Part shown: positions 35,401 through 43,540 of the stretch, piece after piece
Numbering within the stretch: the first letter of the stretch is position 1
How the letters are laid out: every line of letters begins with the position of its first letter
Assembly (NCBI GenBank): GCA_038150305.1
Contig: JAYOTG010000009.1
Span: 8,479 to 72,478, forward strand
Length of the DNA: 64,000 nucleotides
DNA from: Candidatus Poseidoniales archaeon
GTDB lineage: Archaea; Thermoplasmatota; Poseidoniia; Poseidoniales; Poseidoniaceae
Direction of reading: 5' to 3'
Program-made: the position numbers and the translations under genes
Notes under the pieces: generated by a model
Seen by the model: the letters and a program-made list of their open reading frames with translations, nothing else
What the model was told of the DNA's origin: nothing
The model's database searches: none

Positions 35401-35985
35401 CGTGTCATCGGCCGTGATGACGTGGTCGTCCTCACCGTCGAAGCGCAAGGCGAAATCCGCGCCCGGGCCAAGCTCCACAACGCCGTAGACCGGGAAGTAT
35501 TGCGGGTCGTTCTCCAAGTCGTTCCAATCCCCGGGTTGGATGGAACCCATGTTGGGTCCTGTGATGTGAACGTAGTCCTCTTCATCGGTCATGCTCGGTT
35601 GATCCGTGCCCCACTGGCGGTGGATGTACGGCGTCCCGTCGTGCCAGCGAAAGACGCCTTCTTCGGCCGCATCGTTGAGGCCGGTCCACAGATGGCGCGT
35701 GACGTTTCCGTCGTTGCCCCACGTTTCGTGGAGCCACGTATTCTCGGCTTCATCGTCCACCGTGACGAGGAAGCCTTCGAGGCCGCGAGCAGCCTGCGCC
35801 GCTTCCGTCCACGAGGAGGCAGAAAGCAAGTGATAGGTGTGGTTGTTCGCGGGATTGACCTTGGTGTCCAGCACCTCGATGTCCAAGGATGACTCCGCGC
35901 CAGCAGTCGGGCTCAAGGTGGCGAGGGTGGTGGAGAGCACCAAGAGGGTCACGAGGGCGAGCGCACGGGGGCGTCCGTTCTGCAT
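32434..35985 (-). CDS. Large secreted type-I membrane protein: signal peptide, cysteine-less C-type-lectin-like domain, LamG/ConA-like domain, EF-hand/TSP3-type Ca-binding repeats, TM helix, ~95-aa Pro-rich cytoplasmic tail
   Basis: Signal peptide MQNGRPRALALVTLLVLSTTLATLSPTAGA. The CTLD pattern is SWTEAAQAARG...LWTGLNDAAEEGVFRWHDGTP...GDWNDL. LamG-like LRFDGEDDHV...TIEARVYP. DMNGDGMVSLDE, DRDGDGDIDD and DMDGDGVPNEDD...DSDGDGVGDNAD repeats. TM helix AAVAVLGLVIVLLLTML. Start at Met49 of the ORF, consistent with the Lhr stop at 36039. Confidence 0.8.
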   Translation of the reverse strand: MQNGRPRALALVTLLVLSTTLATLSPTAGAESSLDIEVLDTKVNPANNHTYHLLSASSWTEAAQAARGLEGFLVTVDDEAENTWLHETWGNDGNVTRHLWTGLNDAAEEGVFRWHDGTPYIHRQWGTDQPSMTDEEDYVHITGPNMGSIQPGDWNDLENDPQYFPVYGVVELGPGADFALRFDGEDDHVITADDTSLRAPSTEGELTIEARVYPTDLDGIHTVVMYGDHGYGLYLDDGRLGYSSEYSLSKNALSEANMTLSPDTWSTVAVAVNASTGGTFFLNGAPIGSFDATQAEIPAGDFGSNDCYDAGLACENLVIGRHGAGADRYHFEGMIDHVSISSEDLRVTSTSGNHSLTQAESPLSAWTFGEGEGDLTMDNANRNGTIHGAAWVMPDGSIVAQAIELENGDELAIDDVSAGDTLLFFAELPEYTRSMTVQAFAWSTGEGKEEGDAEFNLYHDINRVPSAWSHMDEVQNWGWGGVFTSYSWPDAGVHWFALNANADLQEFSLWAEWDVAEAPPTLEDMIELKHGIPVANQDLQSQRGNEFGDTIQYYVNVTEPLADLAVETYGGDGNVELAISYGGPPDPFGQWSEWDDWDIIGAPGFLGEEDVNVEAYEDWSMGPGNDEEVHLYNVEPGTYYVTAYTWGRAFDFSIVADLTPMPTNGEASDAIALTAGVPYGPFSGYDGLSQYFSIEVPEGTERLEVSLDDGVGEADLHLAYASTPTQTVYDHRSTSPGSNDMVAFNDPTPGTWMILVHTDRVFSGTSILAEFADRYVWDWDGEPIQLFNGEAIVGIEAEEGTVLEFFGILEEPASPLEVTTWGEGGAIELDGEAEPYDWDLVFEEGPRGRQWGEATWIEGDGANWFWYMDIAANGRFDVTVEVVEDLSAFGIMATWVEADFPPVDDDDEVNNDEPFEPQGCEERTIEWFSDLDMNGDGMVSLDEHRPHPDTGTPGEDLDRNQDERLQMAELEADLCSCAQEFLFIWEQADEADAIALEDLETVDYLNEIDLEAIDRDGDGDIDDREAERHTLACSTTYDPLDMDGDGVPNEDDAFPEDPDESEDSDGDGVGDNADLVAGVNDSMVTYGAAVAVLGLVIVLLLTMLRRGPGGAQSVDPWGELGDEKRMPDLFEPATMAQEPSMAYDPTPDAVSNTPAAQGHEVPGMTDLPPPLNNALPSEPLEWR

Positions 35986-36038
35986 GGTAGGAAGACGGCC
36001 CCGCGTCTTCAAAACCTGTTGGTGCGTTGATTTGACCT

Positions 36039-39000
36039 TCAGGAACTGCTCAACCGTCGACCGCCAATCCTGACCTCGGACGTGAGCGGCATCTGGTGCT
36101 CCCACGCGAATTCCTTGACGATGCGCCACGCGTCTTCCTTTCCTTCGTAGTCCGTGACTTCGATGACGCGGTTCCTGGTGTTCGCCTTGAAGGCGGCTGC
36201 TGGTTCGCCGTTCTTGAAGACCAGATAGGCGCTCCCGAAGCCGAACCTTTCCTTGAGCGTGCCAGCGAAATACGGCGCGATGGGGTCAGAGGGCGGAAGC
36301 ACGAAATCGCGCATCGGTTGGAGTTCCTTGGCTTCGGCGAGGAGGTCTTTTCGCCCCCAACAGACTTCGTGCAGGTCATCGATCAGGAAGCCCTTGATGA
36401 GGGTCTCATCTTCCTCAAACTCCGTCAGGATGGCCTTGACTTCTTCTGGCTTGAAGTGGCTGCCGGCCAAGGACAAGAGTTGCTTGATCGTCATCACGGG
36501 GAAATCGGCCACAAGAGAGCGCAGATACTCCTTGCGCAAGACGGACCGTTCAAGCGAGGCATCCACGGTGACCGTTCTGAATCCACCTCGGAAATCTTGG
36601 ACGATGTGACCGGACCTGATGAGGGGCTGGACCAATTTTCTGAACTCTGATTGGCTCAGCGCATAGCGTTCTTTGAACAACTCATGGTCCGAATGGGTTG
36701 AGAAGAATTCCAACACGTCAGCGAGGTCTTCGTCAGGTTCGATGCCTCGAATGGCCAAGAGGGTCTGGAAGTGTTCGTAGGAAGCCCAGGATTGGTGGCC
36801 TCGGAGGTTCACGCCCTGGTGCAGCCGGTTCGCACTCGCCATGCTCTTCAGGTCCACGCGGTAGACTTCGGCACGGCCGCGGAGGGCGAAGTCGTCACGG
36901 ACTTCTCGTATTCTCTTGAGGGCAAGGAACTCGTTCTCCAGCCGTGCCGATTGGTGCAGGTGGTGCTTGTGGAAGAGGGCACGGTCAGCGAGGTTTCGTG
37001 GCTGGGTTTCGACGATGCCTCCACGGATCATGCGTTCCCCGGCGAGTTTGAACCCAATGTTCGCCAACGCATCACGCCAGACCTGCTCCACTTCGTTGAT
37101 CGGTTGACCGTTGATGCCGCTCAGGACGGCGACGTCCACGAGTTGTTCGGCGTGGTTTTGCAACAACACATCGAAGGCTTCGCAGAACTCCTCGAGGTAA
37201 GCGGCGGGAATCTGGATGTCCTTGACTTCGAGGTAGTCGTTCACCTTGAACATCAGGACCTTCCCCACCGGGTCGATGCCCTTGAACACGGGCAGGTACC
37301 AGCCGCGGTCCAGCATGGCGCGGACCTCCCAGATGAAACGGGAGACGTAAGGATCGGACTGCGTCAAAATGCGCATGGATCGGTCTTCTCGCCGTGCACG
37401 GCGGAAGGTCCCGACTTCTTCTGGAGCGCAATAGAAATCCTCGGGTTCTGGCACCAGCGTGGTGACGCGGCTGATGCGTCCAGCCTGTTCCAGCGCCTTG
37501 AGCGCGATGACCAATTCTTCGTAGGCACGGCTGACGTAGAAGCGAAGCGTGTTGGCCTTGATGGGCCCAATGCGATGGATGACCTCGCACAAAGCGTCCT
37601 CGAAGGAGAGCCCGTCATAGACCTCGTGAACGCGGTGGTAGAAGGACAAGCGTCGACGGCGTCCAGGGACTTCTTCGAACTGTTTGGCCACGAGGAGTTG
37701 ACGTTCGAGGTTGGCCAAGCCGTTCTTGACGTCACGCTGGAGTTGCTTGTGCTCGTCGCCCTTTGGATACATGGCCACGATTTCGGAGCGCTGCGGTTCT
37801 TCGCCGGGCAAAATCCGGTCAAGCAAGTCAGCCTCCATGGCGCCGATGTACGGCTCGGGTTTGAGTCCGAGCAGCATGGGGAGGTTCCTGCGTGTCGTGT
37901 ACCCCTGACGGTTGTGCAGCAGCCGCCCGTTGACGATGTCACGGTCCAGCTGGAGGTCTTTCCAATCGCTGAACCTGAAATCGTTGATTCGGTAGAGCAA
38001 TTCCTGCTGCTTCTGGAAAAGCAAGTGCTTGTCGAAGGCCTGGTCCACGTCGTCGTACATGGTGAACGACTTGTCAAGGATCATGTTCTGGATGGAGCGG
38101 TACTCGACGACCTCTTCCTCGCCGCCCGTGATGCGGTGCTCGTCGACCTTGAGGATGAACTCAGCCTCTTCAGTTTGCGTGAAGAAGCCGATGCTGATGA
38201 CGTTTCGAGTCTCCAATTGGTGGATGGTGCGCTCGACCATCGACCGGGGGAAGGGCAAACGTGCTTCGAGGTGGTCAGCGGTTTGCGGGCCTTCTGAGCC
38301 GAGCATCTCGATGAGTTTCACGCGCAGGGCTTCCTGCGGATCGCCCAATTCCATGTCCGTCCATGACGTGACTTTGGTTCCGCTGAAGGCCGTGGCCATG
38401 CGGTAGGTCACCCCTGCGGTGTGCAACGTGAGGAGGTCCTCCACGTCCCGTCCACCGTTGGCGGCAAGGCACCCGAGGGTACCGTGGATTTCGCCCATGT
38501 AGGTGCTGAACCACTTTCCGTCGAGTTCCTCCATGCCGGTGCCTTCGATCTTCGTGATGAGCCCGGCGGTGCACAAGTCCTCGACCCAACCGCGGATCAC
38601 TTCGTGGTCAATGCCGCCGAGTTTGTCTCGATAGAGCGGGTTGCCAAACGACCGGTCCAGCCCTCCGCCGTGCTCCATGAGCGCCAACAGTGAGTCCGCG
38701 TCTTTCGGGACAGGGACTTTGTCGGCGTAGTAGTCGCTGATTTGCTCGTTGGTCATCTCTGTGGCCAGGGAGCGGCGCCCAAGCAGGCGCTCGAGGATGG
38801 CCGGGTCAATGTCCTTGACGAGGAAGGCCCTCGTGCGCATGGACATCAGGTCCTCGAACGCGGACATGTACAGCGACATGCCGATGCGGCTGGGCAAGGT
38901 CGTCCTGATGTGCACGATCCGTGCTTGTCCCTCGCGGCATGAGGTCAGGAATTGCTCCAAGCCTCCGAGATCGATGTCGCCGTAGAGGATCTCGTTCTTT

Positions 39001-41327
39001 GCTTCACGGATGAGGATGGACCCGTCCATGGTTCTGTGCCGGTTGAGGAGAGCATCTGCGCGTTGTTGGAATTGTTGCGGGCTGATTTCCTCCGCACCAA
39101 TCCGCTTGGGGATGATGAGGCTGCGTCCGGCAACTTCCCTGAACCGCTTGGCGAAAATCTGGGTGCCGATGATGTACCGCTCGATGACGTCCATGTGGTT
39201 GTCCGCCGAGAAGGCCTCGTACATCGCGCCGGGGTCGACGTCTTGGGCTGTTTTGAGGAGGAGTCCGTTTTCATCGAAGGACATCTCGATGACCGGGATG
39301 CTGGCTTGCTCAGCCAGTCCGGCCATGAAGTAGCCAAGCGCGGTGTTGAACCCGCGTCCTCTGCAGGTCGTGATGAGGTAGGTCGGATGCGGACCGCCGA
39401 TGATTTGCTCGACAAGGATCCGATCCTTGTCGGGGACTTGGAAGGTCGTGAGGACGTGTTCTTCCAAGTGGCGCGCGATGATTTCCGCGGAATCACGACC
39501 GAGGGAGTAGGCCTCGGTGAGCACCGTGCGCGGGTCGACCTCGCGTCGTAGCGCGACCGCACACCGGCCGATCAAATCCAGCAAGGAAGAGGACAATTCG
39601 GCCGAGCGGGAACGTGCTTCACCGGACCAAGAGGGCACTGTCGGACGGTATCCTGTGACGTTGCTGACGTTGACACGGGTGCCTTGGATGGTGTTGACGC
39701 GGTAGGTCGAGCCACCGAGGAGAATGACGTCGCTGGTTCGCAGGCTGGCCACGAACGACGAAGACAACTTCCCGAGGATTGAACCTTCAGCGTTGAACAC
39801 GAGGTAGGAGTTGTCCGGTGCGATGGTCCCGATGTTGGTGTAGTAGATCATCCGGGAGTAACCGCGCTTTCCGAAGGTGTTCTCTTCCCAGTCCACCCAA
39901 ATCCTTCGTTCGTCCTCCAACAGGTCGAGCACTTCGATGAAATCGTCGTACGCGAAATTCCTGTAGCTCCAGGCGTTGACGACGATTTCGTAGGCCTCGT
40001 CGATGTCAAGTTCCTCGTTGATGACCAGGCCAATGAGGAATTGGGCGACGACGTCCAGGCAGTTCTGTGGGAAGGACAAGCGATCCATGTCGCCCGTTTG
40101 AATCGCTGCTTGGAGGGCGGCAAGTTCGAGCAAGTCGTCCACCGAGGACGGCAGGAAACGTGCACGAGGAATGCCACCAACATGGTGGCCTGCGCGGCCA
40201 ATGCGTTGCAGGGCGGTCGCGATGTCGCCGGGGGAGCCGACCTGGACGACGAGGTCAACCGAACCGATGTCAATGCCCATTTCAAGGGAGGACGAGGTCA
40301 CCACGGCCCGCAGGTGGCCGAGTTTCAATTTCCGCTCGACCTCCAACCTGATGTTCTTGTCCATCGAGCCGTGGTGCCCTGCCACGAGTTCACCCAAGAA
40401 GGGGCGGAGCCGTTGCACGAGCGTCTCGGTCATTTTCCTCGTGTTGGCGAAGACCAGCGTGGTGGTGTGGGCGGAGATCAGGTCCGCGATGGCTTCCACG
40501 TTGGCCTCCAAGGTCTGAGCCACCGAGCGGTCGGCAAAACGTGGGTGCGTGATGAGGATGTCCAGGTCGAGTTCCCTCGAGCCAGATATTTTGGCGACCA
40601 TGATGCGCTGGTCTTCTCCGCGGGATTCGCGGTCATCGCTGGCCACCAAATATTCGGCCACGGTGTCCAAGGGTTCCATGGTCGCGGAGATGCCGATGCG
40701 CTGAACCGGGTCTTTCAGCAGCGTGTCGAGGAAGGACAAGGTGAGGCTGAGGTGCACTCCACGCTTGGTGGGGACCAGGCTGTGCAGTTCGTCGATGATC
40801 ATCCACTTGACGCGCGAGACGATGGGTTGGAACCTCGAGGAGCCGACGGCGATGGCCATGCTTTCGGGGGTGGTGATGAGGATGTGCGGAGGTTTCCTCA
40901 GCATCTTCTGGCGGTCCGATTGTGAGGTGTCGCCGGTCCGCAGCCCCACGCGGATTTCTTTGGCCCGGTCCGGCAAATAGCGTGCCTTGATTTCCTCCAG
41001 CGGACCAAGCAGGTTCCGTTCGATGTCGTTTGCAAGGGCCTTGATGGGCGAGATGTAAATGCAGTACACCTGATCCTTAAGCGACCCGTCCAGCGCTTTT
41101 CGCACCAGGTCATCGATGACCGTCAAGAAGGCCGTCAGCGTCTTTCCGGACCCCGTTGGGCTGCACAGGAGCAGGTGTTCACCGTTCATGATGGCGGGAA
41201 TGGCCATCTTCTGAGGGGCAGTGAAGTCGGGGAACTTGTCGAGGAACCACCGTCGCACGGGCTCGCTCAAGCGGGCCGCTAAAGCCTCCGTATCATCGGA
41301 GGAATCGAGGTAGGTGATTTCTGGCAT
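36039..41327 (-). CDS. lhr: Lhr-family ATP-dependent helicase, unusually long (1762 aa)
   Basis: FT-PQ, SPTGSGKT, DELH and the remaining SF2 motifs, with Lhr-type WH/domain-4 region. About 900 further aa carry repeated winged-helix-like modules. Confidence 0.9.
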   Translation of the reverse strand: MPEITYLDSSDDTEALAARLSEPVRRWFLDKFPDFTAPQKMAIPAIMNGEHLLLCSPTGSGKTLTAFLTVIDDLVRKALDGSLKDQVYCIYISPIKALANDIERNLLGPLEEIKARYLPDRAKEIRVGLRTGDTSQSDRQKMLRKPPHILITTPESMAIAVGSSRFQPIVSRVKWMIIDELHSLVPTKRGVHLSLTLSFLDTLLKDPVQRIGISATMEPLDTVAEYLVASDDRESRGEDQRIMVAKISGSRELDLDILITHPRFADRSVAQTLEANVEAIADLISAHTTTLVFANTRKMTETLVQRLRPFLGELVAGHHGSMDKNIRLEVERKLKLGHLRAVVTSSSLEMGIDIGSVDLVVQVGSPGDIATALQRIGRAGHHVGGIPRARFLPSSVDDLLELAALQAAIQTGDMDRLSFPQNCLDVVAQFLIGLVINEELDIDEAYEIVVNAWSYRNFAYDDFIEVLDLLEDERRIWVDWEENTFGKRGYSRMIYYTNIGTIAPDNSYLVFNAEGSILGKLSSSFVASLRTSDVILLGGSTYRVNTIQGTRVNVSNVTGYRPTVPSWSGEARSRSAELSSSLLDLIGRCAVALRREVDPRTVLTEAYSLGRDSAEIIARHLEEHVLTTFQVPDKDRILVEQIIGGPHPTYLITTCRGRGFNTALGYFMAGLAEQASIPVIEMSFDENGLLLKTAQDVDPGAMYEAFSADNHMDVIERYIIGTQIFAKRFREVAGRSLIIPKRIGAEEISPQQFQQRADALLNRHRTMDGSILIREAKNEILYGDIDLGGLEQFLTSCREGQARIVHIRTTLPSRIGMSLYMSAFEDLMSMRTRAFLVKDIDPAILERLLGRRSLATEMTNEQISDYYADKVPVPKDADSLLALMEHGGGLDRSFGNPLYRDKLGGIDHEVIRGWVEDLCTAGLITKIEGTGMEELDGKWFSTYMGEIHGTLGCLAANGGRDVEDLLTLHTAGVTYRMATAFSGTKVTSWTDMELGDPQEALRVKLIEMLGSEGPQTADHLEARLPFPRSMVERTIHQLETRNVISIGFFTQTEEAEFILKVDEHRITGGEEEVVEYRSIQNMILDKSFTMYDDVDQAFDKHLLFQKQQELLYRINDFRFSDWKDLQLDRDIVNGRLLHNRQGYTTRRNLPMLLGLKPEPYIGAMEADLLDRILPGEEPQRSEIVAMYPKGDEHKQLQRDVKNGLANLERQLLVAKQFEEVPGRRRRLSFYHRVHEVYDGLSFEDALCEVIHRIGPIKANTLRFYVSRAYEELVIALKALEQAGRISRVTTLVPEPEDFYCAPEEVGTFRRARREDRSMRILTQSDPYVSRFIWEVRAMLDRGWYLPVFKGIDPVGKVLMFKVNDYLEVKDIQIPAAYLEEFCEAFDVLLQNHAEQLVDVAVLSGINGQPINEVEQVWRDALANIGFKLAGERMIRGGIVETQPRNLADRALFHKHHLHQSARLENEFLALKRIREVRDDFALRGRAEVYRVDLKSMASANRLHQGVNLRGHQSWASYEHFQTLLAIRGIEPDEDLADVLEFFSTHSDHELFKERYALSQSEFRKLVQPLIRSGHIVQDFRGGFRTVTVDASLERSVLRKEYLRSLVADFPVMTIKQLLSLAGSHFKPEEVKAILTEFEEDETLIKGFLIDDLHEVCWGRKDLLAEAKELQPMRDFVLPPSDPIAPYFAGTLKERFGFGSAYLVFKNGEPAAAFKANTRNRVIEVTDYEGKEDAWRIVKEFAWEHQMPLTSEVRIGGRRLSSS

Positions 41328-41370
41328 GTTTTTCTCACGACGCCCGTGGCGTGGCCTCCGCCATCTTCAG

Positions 41371-41378
41371 TATATAAA
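41371..41378 (-). promoter_or_regulatory. Consensus TATA box (TTTATATA on the - strand) upstream of lhr
   Basis: The + strand reads TATATAAA, 44-51 nt upstream of the lhr ATG at 41327. It is the only AT-rich octamer in this spacer. Confidence 0.45.
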
Positions 41379-41398
41379 CGCGGCGTCGGTGTGCACGC

Positions 41399-41752
41399 TC
41401 AAGGCCAGCCGATGCCACGGCGTCCCCAACGGAGGACGGGGGCCGTGGCAGGGGCCTTCGGGGGGTCGAGCAACGGGGATGCTTCGTTGCTGGGAGGAAG
41501 CGTAACTTCGTGCAGTGCACCGGTTGGACAGGAGCCGATGCAGGACAAGCAGCCCACGCATGCTGCTTCCACCACGACCACCGGCCGCTTTGGATGGCTT
41601 CGTTCAGCCTGATTCTCCGCCAAGGGCAGCAGGGCCTCGAAGGGGCAGAACGGGATGCACAAGTCACAACCTGTGCAGGCCGAATCGGTGATGCCCACCA
41701 TGGCCTGTCCCATGCTCGGAGGGCCCGCTCCGACCTTTTGAGTCCTGCCCAC
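41399..41752 (-). CDS. 2x[4Fe-4S] ferredoxin with Pro-rich C-terminal tail
   Basis: CTGCDLCIPFCP and CVGCLSCIGSCP. The start is uncertain: Met1 at 41752, Met14 at 41713 or Met18 at 41701. Confidence 0.7.
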   Translation of the reverse strand: MGRTQKVGAGPPSMGQAMVGITDSACTGCDLCIPFCPFEALLPLAENQAERSHPKRPVVVVEAACVGCLSCIGSCPTGALHEVTLPPSNEASPLLDPPKAPATAPVLRWGRRGIGWP

Positions 41753-41802
41753 GCGCCAATTTTGGCCGAGGGGTTGAAGGGCTCACCAAGGAGCCAAGCA
41801 TC

Positions 41803-43503
41803 ATGGTGGAGCCTCAGGCCTCCGTGGAACGGTTGGAACGTCTGACCGGTATGCTGCGACGCCGTGGCGTCATCCTCCCTGCCTTCGAGATCCATGGGGG
41901 TGCCAAAGGGCTCTACGATTTCGGACCGGTCGGCGGCCGGCTCCGCTCCAAGGTGCAGTCCGTGTGGCGGGACCACTGGCTCAGCCAAGGCGATGTGGTG
42001 GAAATTTCGTGCCCGACGGTCACGCCATTTGCCGTTTTGGAGGCGAGTGGACACGTGGCTGAGTTCAGTGATTTCATGACCGTGTGCACCGCGTGTGATG
42101 AAGCGAGCAGGGCGGACACCCTGCTCGAAGCCCACCACCCCAATCCCGATGCCCTGTCGATGAGCGACCTGCAAAACTTGCTCGACGAGGTTCAACCTCC
42201 CTGCCCGGCGTGCAGCGAAGCATCGTGGTCCCAGGTGGCGGCTGAGAACCTGATGTTCGACACCGTCATCGGCGCAGGCTCGTCTGGCCGTGCTGCCTTC
42301 TTGCGCCCGGAAACGGCACAAGGCATGTTCACGACCTACCCGGCCATGTACCGTCACTTCCGTGAGCGCTTGCCCTTTGGCGCCATGCAACTCGGTCGTG
42401 GTTACCGGAATGAAATTTCACCACGGCAAGGGATGATTCGCCTCCGCGAGTTCAACATGGCCGAGCTGGAATACTTCATCGATCCCAAATCGGAGGCGCC
42501 ACATGACCTGAGCCCGTGGGCCTCCACCAAGGTCCATCTGGTTCCGGCCGAGGGCGACGCCTTTGCGGCCCCAATCCCAGAAGCGCTCGCGCAGGGCATC
42601 ATCCTCCACCCGACCGTGGCATGGTTCATGGCGCGCACCCACGACCTGATGCTGGCGCTTGGCGTTGATGCCGAGAAGCTTCGATTCAGGCAGCATGCGC
42701 GCGATGAGATGGCGCATTACGCGCTGGACTGCTGGGACGTGGAACTCCACGGTTCCTACGGGTGGATCGAGTGCGTTGGCATCGCTCATCGTGGCTGCTA
42801 TGACCTCGAAGCCCATGAGAAGGCGACAGGTCAACGCCTGCGCGCTTGGAGGAATTACCCTGAGCCCAAGGTGGTGGAGATCAACGGGTGGACCATCGAC
42901 GGCGCGAAGGCCGGTCCAGCCTTCCGAGCCCTTGCGGGTCAAGTCAAATCCAAGGTTGAAGCGCTTGGGCCTGAGGCGAGTTTCCCGCTGACCGTCGTGC
43001 TCGACGGCGGCGAGGAGGTCCTCGTTGAGGACGAGCACGTCAAGCGGGTCCAGCGCACCGAAACGGTGGCCGGGGAGTGGTTCATTCCACACGTCGTCGA
43101 ACCCGCTTTCGGCATCGATCGCATCATCTGGCACCTGCTGGACCACGCCTACGAAGAGTCTGGTTCGGACGATGAGATGTACGTCCGTATGCGCCTTCAC
43201 CCCGATGTTGCTCCCGTCGATGCCGCCGTCTTGCCCCTGTTCGAAAAGGAGGGCATGGATGCCTTGGCCTCAGAGCTTCACCGCCGCCTGTGCGCAACGC
43301 GCGGGGTACTGGCCAGTTACGACGGGAGCGGTTCCATCGGGCGCAGGTACGCAAGGGCGGATGAAATCGGGGTGCCGTGTTGCCTGACCGTGGACCATAC
43401 GTCGCTCGAAGACGGCACTGTCACCTGGCGCGATCGGGACACTGGAGAACAAACGCGGATGTCCGTCGACGACGCGGTTCTGCGTCTCGCTGCTCGCTCA
43501 TGA
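41803..43503 (+). CDS. glyS: Glycyl-tRNA synthetase (archaeal/eukaryotic class II type)
   Basis: RRGVILPAFEIHGGAKGLYDFGPVG, FRNEISPR, and REF-MAE-E..F motifs. Confidence 0.9.
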   Translation: MVEPQASVERLERLTGMLRRRGVILPAFEIHGGAKGLYDFGPVGGRLRSKVQSVWRDHWLSQGDVVEISCPTVTPFAVLEASGHVAEFSDFMTVCTACDEASRADTLLEAHHPNPDALSMSDLQNLLDEVQPPCPACSEASWSQVAAENLMFDTVIGAGSSGRAAFLRPETAQGMFTTYPAMYRHFRERLPFGAMQLGRGYRNEISPRQGMIRLREFNMAELEYFIDPKSEAPHDLSPWASTKVHLVPAEGDAFAAPIPEALAQGIILHPTVAWFMARTHDLMLALGVDAEKLRFRQHARDEMAHYALDCWDVELHGSYGWIECVGIAHRGCYDLEAHEKATGQRLRAWRNYPEPKVVEINGWTIDGAKAGPAFRALAGQVKSKVEALGPEASFPLTVVLDGGEEVLVEDEHVKRVQRTETVAGEWFIPHVVEPAFGIDRIIWHLLDHAYEESGSDDEMYVRMRLHPDVAPVDAAVLPLFEKEGMDALASELHRRLCATRGVLASYDGSGSIGRRYARADEIGVPCCLTVDHTSLEDGTVTWRDRDTGEQTRMSVDDAVLRLAARS

Positions 43504-43540
43504 CGGCGGGTTGATACACCGTCGTAACCGAGAGAGCGTT

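Noticed and set aside
32899-38297. Long plus-strand ORFs (586 aa at 32899-34659; 508 aa at 36771-38297, and others) inside the adhesin and lhr genes
   Set aside because: They are antisense to genes with strong domain evidence. Their translations are repetitive V/G/D/H/R-rich strings.
36039-41327. Intein insertion as the reason for the extreme Lhr length (also considered for EF-2 and RFC-L)
   Set aside because: The helicase motifs I and II occur with ordinary spacing. I saw no Cys/Ser...His-Asn splice-junction blocks or homing-endonuclease (LAGLIDADG) motifs. The extra length is a C-terminal extension.
41335-42390. 351-aa minus-strand ORF overlapping the ferredoxin and glyS genes
   Set aside because: It is antisense to GlyRS and out of frame with the 2x[4Fe-4S] ferredoxin. 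It has no motifs.
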